A stretch of 64,000 bases of DNA, from the NCBI RefSeq assembly GCF_036321535.1, contig NC_087437.1:45944001-46008000 (forward strand), written 5' to 3'. The notes below the pieces were generated by a model. That model was not told where the DNA came from. It searched no databases and saw only the letters and a program-made list of their open reading frames with translations. This DNA is from Camelus dromedarius. Taxonomy: Eukaryota. Positions 54,016 through 64,000 of this stretch are shown one piece after another. Made by a program: the position numbers and the translations under genes. Position 1 is the first letter of the stretch. The number at the start of each line of letters is the position of its first letter.

Positions 54016-56894
54016 CTGTGATTAGGAAATCACCACTGGACAACTACTAACAACCTTACGGTTATTAAACCCAGAAAATTAACCTAACTTTCCTGCAGTA
54101 ATACTAAGCCAGTATCATTCTTCTATATACACTCAATATAAATCAAGAAACAGAAATATTCATCCTATGGCTACATTTAGTGAGGCCACCAAAAGTACAT
54201 CTCTCCTTACCTCCAAAACTAAAGCAATAAAAAAATAAGATGTGGTCTCTCAAATCATTAGCATTCAGAAAAGTCTCAATGTAGCAATATTCTATTAGAA
54301 TGTTAGACCTCCTGCTGTAAAATGTAAAAAGAACTGGAAGAATTTTTTTTTTTAATTCCTATAGTGACAGGTTATTTTTTTTACTTGTGTGGCACCAGTT
54401 GAATTTTCTCAATGGAAAAAAAAGGAGAAATCAGTTTCCATCGTGGGTTTAAAATGTTGGGCCTGATTCCTGCTGCTGAGGAAAGTAAATAGCTCACTTC
54501 TAAAACTGAATGAACAAGCTTCTTGAAATTATATCAATTCTCTAATGTTAAAAAGATTCCCTCAAAAATGGTACATAAATTACCACTTATGGCATGATTT
54601 AGAGCATCACTTTATGAAAATAAGGACCCTCTATTTTAAAATAGAGCACATTCATTCAATAGTTATGAGAACTGCATGATTTATTAAAAAGAAAAACTAT
54701 ACATAAAAGTCAATATATATAATTTACACACATATAAATGACAAGTCTGATCAAGATAACTACTTGAAAACACAAAGACATAAAATTCTCATCATTTTTA
54801 GTAGCATGAGTTTATATTCAGACTCTCTTCTTTCTTAAAATAAGCATTTATCAACACCCCTTTCCAAGCACTAAAGGTATGTCAGCCCTTGCTGATCTAT
54901 TGGAAAAGGGGGGGGGGGGAATCACCCACATAATTGTATAATTATAATCAGTAGTAAATGTTAAGAAAAGTATTAGCCCCTACGACTCCAAGAAAGGCCT
55001 CTCCTAGCAAACAACATACTGTAGCCACTTGGAGCATGGGGCTTGGCAAAAGCTGATGATGACGACCATTCATGTTTATAAGACAAGCTACGCTGGCCGC
55101 AAACCCAGGAGGCTATGCTGCTGAGTTTCACAGACACTAGTTACACGTCTGCATAAGGACTCAACACTTTGTTTCAATAAAATTTAGCATGTTTATCTGT
55201 TTAAAATTATGTGTGATCAATGGATCAAGGTCATTAATACCCCCATGTATCTAACCTCATAGTTTAGATCTAACTTAACTTAGTAACATTAACTACTGGT
55301 TAAGAGCATGGCTAGAGAGTCACGTTTGCACGTGTTCCTGAAAACATTAATCTAAGAAAGAAAAAAAAAGCTGGAAGAAACAAAAGTTGGAATGCTTTTC
55401 TCTAGGAGCTTAGACAAAATTACATAAATTAAAGAGCTGCTAGAAGGTTTCTTTTGCTGATTTGTGGAATAAGTAGAAGTATCTAGAGTTTGCAGGAAGA
55501 AAGAAGAATCACATAATGTCCAGAACAGTCTCCACTGAGTCCTCAGCTCCTACTCTGTTCCCAATTCCGGGATATATCTCCACACCAAATTTCATGAGAT
55601 ACTTTTCCAATAAATTATTTTTCATCAAACTCTCAGCTATTGGGTTTTGTAATTTTAAACTCAAAGAGTCCTAAATCATAAAACAAGCCTAAAGTCTATA
55701 ACCCTGTAGAAGCTTAAAAAATATATAAATGTATAATAAAGTACTCAACAATCAAAAGCCAGTTAAACAATTTATATACCTAAATAAATATACACAAACA
55801 CATTGGTTTTTTAAATTTGATAAATGTTTAACACCCTAATTTTCATTTGTTGTGCTTTGCTGTTTTTCTGATAGTTCTGCCTACTTACTATCTCAAATAA
55901 CCCAAACCAGTTCTTGCCGTTCTCAATTTCCAAGTGGTTATTTTAGCTAGTCTATGTGCCCTTGAAGTCTTCTTTTCCACAAAACTCTAATTAAAGAAAG
56001 CAGATTTCTACAAGCAGAAGGCAAACAGATTATTTCCTGCACCTACCTCACATTTTTATGTACCTTATGAACCCATCAGATTAATTCCATTTTCAATTAA
56101 TAAAATGCAAGTCAAAGACTTTGAACTCGCACTAAATGTGTACAATCCTACATAAAAGATAATCATTGTAAAATGACCATCAGCACCAGACTGATTCCCA
56201 AGCAGCACTGGTCACGGCTGGGAACACTGAGAAGACAGTAAATAGCTCAGCAACATAGACAGTAGGGTTTGCGATGTTTTTGTTTTGTTTTTTGCCTCCT
56301 CTGAACTAAATTTTACATATACATGTATACACACACAAAAGAATTAGTTACTAAACAGGACATTCTCTGATTTCTTTAACTTAGGGACATAATTCAAACA
56401 GATCAATCTAGAAAAAACACATTTCTTAGACTTCATGCTGTATTTATTGACTGTAAGACACACAGTCTAAAATCAGGGTTTCCTTACAATTAGTGTTGGC
56501 CAGCTAGCATCACGTCATAGCTGTCCTTCCTTGTAATTATGCAAGCTGCATCAACATTTACAGAATGCAAGTCAGCAACGTGGGAACTGGAAACAATAGT
56601 TGGCCACTCTTTTAAACCCTACATCTCAGACAGTTAAGGGGAAAAGGTGCAAGAGCTGGAGAATAAGAAATGTTGTCAAGATTCCTAAAGCTAGCTTCAC
56701 TTTCTACACATCACTTATTATACAAAGATATACATGTATAAATGTGTAAAATATATGATGATCATAGATCCCCTCCCCCAGAGTATCTCAGTCTGGATTA
56801 AAGTTGTTTTATTATTAATCCTTAAAAACTATCAATAGTCTAATTTTAAGTTAATACAATTAAACAGAAAATATTCAATACTACTCTGTCCAAG

Positions 56895-57000
56895 GAAATG
56901 CAAATTCTCAGTCCCATCCCAGACCTACTGAATCAGAAATTCTGGGAGTGGGACTGCAAGACGTTAAAACATGTTTTAACAAGTTCTCCAGGTGAACCAC
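56895..57000. mobile_element. MER5A-like fragment
   Basis: gaaatgcaaattctcagtcccatcccagacctactgaatcagaaa...ttttaacaagttctccaggtga. Confidence 0.7.
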
Positions 57001-57099
57001 TGACACAGTTCTTAATTAAGACATTCACTTCACACCTCCACCATGGCAAGAGACTCCAGAAAGCCAACATACCTTCCAAGGTGCCAGCAGGATGATCTG

Positions 57100-57668
57100 A
57101 TCACATTACCCTCCAACTCAAACTCCTTGAAATGGCCCCTCAACTTTCCAAAGCCTCGGCTCACCCACAGGACCTTCAGCATCTGGATCCTGCCACCACT
57201 TCGTCCTATCTCCCCCAACACCACTATCTTACACAGGGAGGCTTATCTCTAGACCTCCCTCACACATCATTATACCTAGTGGTCTTGGCACCACTATTCC
57301 TCTGACTGGAATAGCTTCCCTCCCTCTACCCACCCACTTAATCCCACATTTAACTAAGATCTAGACATTTTCAAGACTTGTTCCACAATTCAACCTGGCC
57401 CAATACTGGGTTAAGTACCCCTTCCACATGCTCTGAAAAGCAACCTATGCTATCCTTCTCAAGTTCTTATTATTTCCTGTTGACTCGTAGCACAGTACCT
57501 GGCAAATATCAGGCACTCAAAATACATTTGAGGAATAAAAAAGACCTTCTTTCCTACTACATCTAGACTTCTTGGGATCAATAGCCATATCTTACTTGTC
57601 CTTAGATCCCTCACGTCTAAGAATGCTGGCACAAAAATAATTCTTAAAAGTTTGCTGAGTGAATAAAC
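57100..57668. mobile_element. L2 fragments
   Basis: tctgatcacattaccc...ttcctctgactggaat...cacagtacctggcaaatatcaggcactcaaaatacatttg; tttgctgagtgaata. Confidence 0.6.
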
Positions 57669-57774
57669 ACTGTTCAGAAGCCATAAAAAAAAAAATCTGT
57701 TGTAGAATCACAAGCCAATACTAACACTCTGTAAAATCCATATGAAAACATTACTTCCTGAATTAGAATAAAAT

Positions 57775-59200
57775 TTTGTTGTCATTCTAATAAAAGGAAA
57801 CCAGGGTTTCCTGGAGAAATGATTGATTCTAGGGCTAGGACACGTAAAATACAAGATGAGTATGGAGCCCCCTGTGTGTCAGGAAGAAAAAACTGATCAC
57901 AAAAACAAAGAGTGGGTCACGTTGAAAGAGCACAAGAGTCAGCCTGCACGAGTTCCCAGTGGCCAAAGCTAGAACAATTTCAGCAACAAAGTCAGGTGTG
58001 ATAATATTAACTTACAACCCAAAGAACAAAATAAAAATCCATGGATCCATTGACCTAAGTGACTAAAAAAAAATAAATGAGGGAAAAGGAGCAAATCTGT
58101 ATAGAAAAAAATCCAATTAATACATGTAGAAGGCAAAAGGGAACTAGAAAATCACCATTAGAACACAGTAATCACTACTGCAAACAATATCCCACTGATG
58201 AATGCTAAAACTATTGGACACACTTTTTAAAAAAATGATTTTTTTAGGGTGTGGGGTATTTAGGTTTGTTTGTTTGTTTATTATTACTTGGGCAAAACTT
58301 TAAAGAAAAAAAAGGCTAGCTACACATCCTCTGAGAACCTCCCTAAAATTTTTCTTGACTACTATAGCAACTAACACATATCCATAAATTCTTTGATACT
58401 TTTCCCTTTAGAAAGTGGAACTTAATGTCTTCAGTGCTTTGAATGAGGGCTGAATTTAAGTGATTCACTTCTAATGAACAGTATGGAAAGCAGAAAAACA
58501 GTAATTTCATAATGAAGAAACCTGATGAAATGATAATATTGTGGTTATAGTAGTTAATAAAACATTGTTAAAAATTAATTTCATGTGTTTCTTATCACTT
58601 GTTACAATGTGGCTACTAGAAAATTTTAAATTACATGTGTAGTGCACATTGTATGTGACTGGACAGTACCAATCTAAACAATTCTAGATAAAAGGTTAAC
58701 TCTCCTAACCAAGTGATCAAAGTTAACATTACCAGTAATAACTGACAGTCTTACTGTATGTAAATACTGATACGTCCCCCTGATACAAGATAAGCACATC
58801 ACCTCTGTGGTCTTCTCTTCCCCAAGTATCCATAACCTCAATCCAAACATCAAAAATATCAAACCAGTACTCTTCAAAGGTCATAAAAAATACAAGACTG
58901 AGGAACTATCACAGACGAGGGGAGACTAAAGAAACAACTAAATGCATTGTGGGATCCTGCATTGGATAGTGGAATAGAAAAAAGACATTCATGGGGAAAA
59001 TTGGGGATATCCAAATAAAGTCTGCAGTTCTGTATAGTTTAATATTGTATCAATGTTAGTTTCTTAGGTGTGCTAAGTGTACCACAGTTACATAAGATTT
59101 TTAATACTGTGGGAAAAGCAAGGCAAAGGAGTACACGGGAATTCTGGACTATCTCTATACTCTGCTTCTGTAAGTCTAAAATTATTTCAAAATAAAAAAT
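57775..59200 (+). mobile_element. L1MC-like 3' UTR with a MER33/MER3-like insert (about 58530-58675)
   Basis: aaaaggaaaccagggtttcctggagaaatga...gagttcccagtggccaaagct...aaccaagtgatcaaagttaacattacc...tctgtaagtctaaaattatttcaaaataaaa. Insert: aatgtggctactagaaaattttaaattaca...ggacagtac. Confidence 0.8.
58238..58285 (-). mobile_element. 3'-tail-only remnant of the camelid SINE
   Basis: tttttttagggtgtggggtatttaggtttgtttgtttg resembles the reverse complement of the SINE tail at about 21390-21440. Confidence 0.5.
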
Positions 59201-60228
59201 ATTTTTAAAAGCAACATTTGTGTAATTTTAATTACATAATGTTATAAACTACTTAATTCAGATTAACTTCCTAGTTATCAGATTCTAATGATTTTTATAC
59301 TAACATAAAATCTTTTTAAAAGCTTTGAAAGTACATGAAAATGTGTCTAACCTAAAACTCAATAAAAATTATACCCACTAGAATCTTCATGAACTAATTT
59401 TACTATACCAATCTATTTTTCTTGTGACTATTCACAAGTAAGTACCTAATTCAGTTACCCCTTGGTTAGGATATCACGATGACAAGGGCCGTTTCCCCCC
59501 TCCTTGTGTTGCCCCGATTTTGTCCATTAGCCATTTGAATATCAAATTAATTCCCCACCCCCATAAAACCCCAGTCTTCATACCCCCGGTTCCCCACAAA
59601 AAGAGGAGCGGCAGCAAGTCAGAGAAAAGAAAACCTGGCTACTCCATTTTCTCCTGAATTTCCAACTGCTTTTTTCCCTCAGAATTCAGAAATGTGGACG
59701 GTTTGCAATACTCTTAGAGTTATGTATCACTCTCACCTATTACCCTTCCCATTCTGTCGCTCAGGTCCAGAGCTAAGTCCCTTTCCCTCGGAGACCATCA
59801 TGTTATCCTTCATGTACTACATCCAGGGCCAAAATATAATCCTGATCTTCTGCTTAAAGTCTTTGACTAGTTCCCTGTCACAGACAAATGTCCAAAATCC
59901 TTGCCACAGCAAAGAAGTCATTTCATGATATGATCCCTGCTTACCTATCCTGTCCATTCTCATCACTCTCAACTTACATCCCATATGCTACACATAAACC
60001 AAACGGTGTGCCAGAAAAGACCACCTGACTCAGCATCTCTGTGGCCTAACATATATCCTCTCCCTCTGTTATACCACTCATACGTCTATTTTTATTGTAA
60101 CTTGTTTTAACATACACAGACTCTCAATTAGTAGTTAATATGGGCAACACTTGAAATTTATTTTAGTATTTAAAACCTTATGACTATGAACAATATTTGG
60201 TGTGAACACTAACTTTAAGAGATATACT

Positions 60229-60671
60229 TTTATTGAAGTATAGTTGGATTTACAACATCGTGTTAGTTTCTGGTATACAGCATAGTGATTTATACATATA
60301 TTCTTCTTCATATTTTTTCCTTATAGGTTATTACAAACTATTGAATATAGTTCCCTGTGTTATACAGTAGGACCTTGCTGTTTATCTATTTTGTATATAG
60401 TAGTTTGTAACTGCAAATTCCAAACTCCCAATTTATCCCGCCCTCCCCTCTCCCTCCCTGTAACCATACATTTGTTTTCTTTGTCAGTGAGTCTGTTCCT
60501 GTTTTGTAAATAAGCTCATTTGTACCATTTTTTTTAGGATTCCACATATAAGTGATACCATATATTTTATCTTTTTCTGTCTGACTTCACTGAATATGGT
60601 AATTTCTAGGTCCATCCATGTTGCTGCAAATGGCATTATTTCATTCTTTTTTATGGCAGAGTAGTATTCCA

Positions 60672-60760
<89 letters not shown>

Positions 60761-60929
60761 CACACAAATTCTTTATCCAATCATATGTTGATGGGCATTT
60801 AGGCTGCTTCCATGTCTTGGCTATTAATAAATAGTGCTGCTATGAAGACTAGGGTGCATGTATCTTTTCAAATTAAGAGTTTTCTCCAGATATACGCTCC
60901 ACAGTGGGATTGCCAGATCATATGGTAAC
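60229..60929 (-). mobile_element. 5'-truncated L1 3' end with 13-bp TSD and internal (TG)n(TCTG)n microsatellite
   Basis: TSD TAAGAGATATACT at 60216-60228 and 60930-60942. Minus-strand translation [23 protein letters not shown]...SLICGI. Microsatellite at about 60674-60758. Confidence 0.92.
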
Positions 60930-61959
60930 TAAGAGATATACTCTTAGTACAATTCCTAAAACATGTAGTACACAGAGCAAAATAAAACCTGAACTGCTAA
61001 AAAAATTATTGGCTTTGACAGTCAGCAGTCATATAATTAAGGGCATTAAAGAAAAAACATTCTCAAAAATGTGTCTGGTGGTAGTTCTTGTAGTTTTCTC
61101 TACAATGAAATGGGATGTAACAAATGCACCTGAACTCAAAGATTAATGGATTAAACAATAAAAGTTCCTTCTTCATATATCAAAAAATATTTTTCTCTAT
61201 GACTAACTTGCTCAAAATTGAGAAGGTGTCAGAGAAATGCAAATATTTTCTTAAGGAAAAAATAATTCACATAATGATTTACCTGAAGAGGTAAGTACTG
61301 TACATTTTCGATTTAATTTGGCTGAACAGGGACTTAAATTTTAAATTACATGTGCAATCACAGGGTCAAAGAGCGTTAAACCAAGAAAAGACCACAGAGA
61401 CCTAGTTTAATGTTTTAAAGATGAAGCAACTGAAGTTCAGAAAGATTACTATCTCTTGGTCATAAAAGGCTTTTTCTACATGGCTAACTAACCATTTTAT
61501 TTTAGTTAACTAATGAAATATATTGCTCAAAGTAATAACTGTCCAGAATATGTAACTTGTTAATGTTGTTACATACTAAAGTTATCTGGTTAGGATGAAA
61601 GTAGTTATCTTTCTCAGAGATTAATTTACCCCCTAAATATGTATAATTAACCCATGAATTTTCTAGAAGCTGCCCTCAAATATTGGCTTCCATTAGTTTT
61701 TAAATTAGCAGAAGTAATGCTAAAAACAAAACCAACATGAAAACAGCACCAAATTCTTTACTATGTGACTCATTTTGAGAAGATAAATTCATTTGAATAC
61801 CCATATTAGCCATAAACAGAGTTCATAAAACTACAATTACTATCACGAGGGACCTTTTAAAAATGGATCTGTATCTGAAAAGGTTGGGAACCACAAAGCC
61901 AAATAAAGTGCCAATTCTGGTTAAAAGAGAATTTTCTGTGACAATCTATCACAGATTAA

Positions 61960-62525
61960 AAGCACACCCCCCAACCATAAATGGACACACGTTTTGTGAG
62001 GAGTGACACAGGCGGGGGTGAGGCACAGGGGAAAAGGCTCCTGTCTTTACTCAGCAGTCACCCCCACAGCTCTCCTCCCACTCCCACCAGGTACTGGGGA
62101 GCAGCCATCATTTTCCTATGGCCTCTGGCCATGGTGGGCACCTTCCCAAACCAAACTCAACAGTGCTTCAAGAATTTTCCAAATGAAATAGAGAAAGAGG
62201 TAGTCCCTACTCTACAGCAGGAGAAAACAGGATAAAAACTGGCACTGTAGAGTTATATTTTTCCTCCTTATGAAGAAAGGCAATCTACTATGGGAAAATG
62301 AAACTAATCTATTAAAAAAAAAAAAAAAAGGCAAAGTTGTTGACAAAGATTCCTGGTAGCTTTCAAATGGGTCTGGTTCTAGTTGTCTCCTGAAGCCCAG
62401 CTGGCTCAAGGCTCTTCCTTACATTTGAGTCATTCACTCCGTTTTGGATTCCATATACCAATAAATCTCCCTTTTTGGCTTAAGCTAGTCTGAACTGAGT
62501 TTCTACCTTACAACTAAAATAAAAT
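61960..62525. mobile_element. Old ERVL-class LTR (LTR16-like)
   Basis: tgtctcctgaagcccagctg...aataaatctccctttttggcttaagctagtctgaactgagtttct...ttacaactaaaa. Confidence 0.55.
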
Positions 62526-63009
62526 TCTGATTCATATACCAACTTTGAGAAGCTGACCACATGATTAATCAAGACAGAATATCACAGGTAAATGTAAATA
62601 AAGGCAAATGACAAAATCTTCTGAACCTGCACAAAATTTAAATGGGGGTATCTAGCCCTCATTATTTTTCTTGAATGAAATACATATCTTTAACTTAAGA
62701 AAAATAAAGTGTTTACTTACTAAAACTCTAACATTATGATTACCACATGCACATATTCAAATTGGCTCATCAATTATTCATTTATGTTTTTTTCCTGGTT
62801 CAAACACCATCTGTAAGTACGTTCCTCCAGGAAAAGTGGACAGCACTCACATATGTCCCTGGGCTTCCAAGTGTCGATACCAATGTAAGAAAGTCTCTTC
62901 CAACCCTCCCCTAAATGTTGACCTTTTAAAGAATAATTTCTAGTATTCCGTTGTAAGGACAAACCAGTTTAAGCCTATCAGCTGGTCACAAAAACATTCC
63001 TGAGAGAAC

Positions 63010-63500
63010 AGTTCACTCAAATATTTACTGAACACCTACCAGGTCCTGTTTTAGGTCCTGAAGTGACAAGACAAGAGTCCAACTCTGTACTCACAGAGTT
63101 TAAATAACAGAGGTGAGTTTAAAAAGAAATCAATAATTAAGGCTATCAGAAAGATAAGTGCTATGCTACTGAAAATGGCGAGGGAGTGGACAGCTACTTC
63201 ACTGTGACTTCTCTGAGGCACTGGCAATGGAACTGAAATCTGAATGACATAAAGTAATTAGCCATTGACAATCTCAGGGCAAAGCTTGAGGAAAAGAGCA
63301 AAGCAATTAAGGCACTGAGATAGGAACAAGCTTGTTCAGTGGTGTGGAGGTGGTATAGCTGGGCACAGAGAACAAGGACAAAGGTGCCAGGAGATAGGAT
63401 ACGGTTTCTGAAGTGGCTAAAGGCAGACCATGCAGTGGTGGGACCCTCATAGGCTAAAGAAAAAAGTTTGGGTTTTATACTGAGTATGTTGGAAAACTCA
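63010..63500. mobile_element. L2 fragment
   Basis: ttcactcaaatatttactgaacacctac...gataagtgctatg...aaggcactgagataggaacaagcttg...aaagtttgggttttatactgag. Confidence 0.65.
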
Positions 63501-64000
63501 CAGAGAAAACGGAAGGAAACTGATACTTATTGAGCATCTCATATAGTGCCAGACAAAATGGTACATACAAATACTTCTGCCGTGCATTCTATAAAACCAC
63601 ACATGCATCCATCCGTGTAAGTTATACCAGTGAATTTTCCATAAGATTTATCAAAAGGTCATTATGATGATGTTGTGTACAATCTCAAAAATAAAAAGGC
63701 ACTTTTCCTGTTACCACAAGTTCTCACTTATAGGAAGTCACTTCTATGTTGATTTGTCAGACCAAATGAACCAAGTTACCTACTAGCAAAACACACATGA
63801 GTCATCTGGAAGAAAATGCAAGAAAGGCAAATGAGACTAGATGAAATAAGGCAGCCAGCTATTCACAAGAGTATGTGACCCAAAAAAGGGAACAAACCAA
63901 GCAGAGAGCAAGAAATTAGAAAACACACCCAGCACAAGGAGCAAAGAGCCTAGGGATACAAAATTAAGTTATCTTCTTAAACAAAAGTGCTCTCAGGCAG

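Noticed and set aside
1..64000. Prokaryotic-type systems (operons, CRISPR arrays) or retrocopied host genes
   Set aside because: The sequence is mammalian intronic DNA. I saw no regularly spaced repeat-spacer array, and the remaining short ORFs show no recognisable homology.

Overview
Mammalian genomic DNA, AT-rich and CpG-poor, probably a camelid (Camelus/Vicugna) judging by the tRNA-derived SINEs and the L1 3' UTRs. There is no intact host protein-coding exon. The window looks like one very long intron of a minus-strand gene. A 75-nt minus-strand exon at 980-1054 has clean splice sites and matches, from memory, 5'UTR exon 2 of TBL1XR1; if so, most of the window is TBL1XR1 intron 1. The rest is largely transposon-derived: a young 5'-truncated L1 with target-site duplications (TSDs; 25862-28060, the only long ORFs), older L1s, MIR/L2, MER21 and MLT LTRs, a degraded ERV-L pol with nested insertions, and hAT/Tigger fossils. 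The most unusual element is an 83-bp TTAA-flanked, CpG-retaining inverted-repeat element (3751-3833) that looks like a young piggyBac-type MITE. A second candidate minus-strand exon (10455-10645) has its acceptor inside a hairpin. Repeat family names are recalled from consensus sequences, not from a database search, and boundaries of old repeats are approximate.
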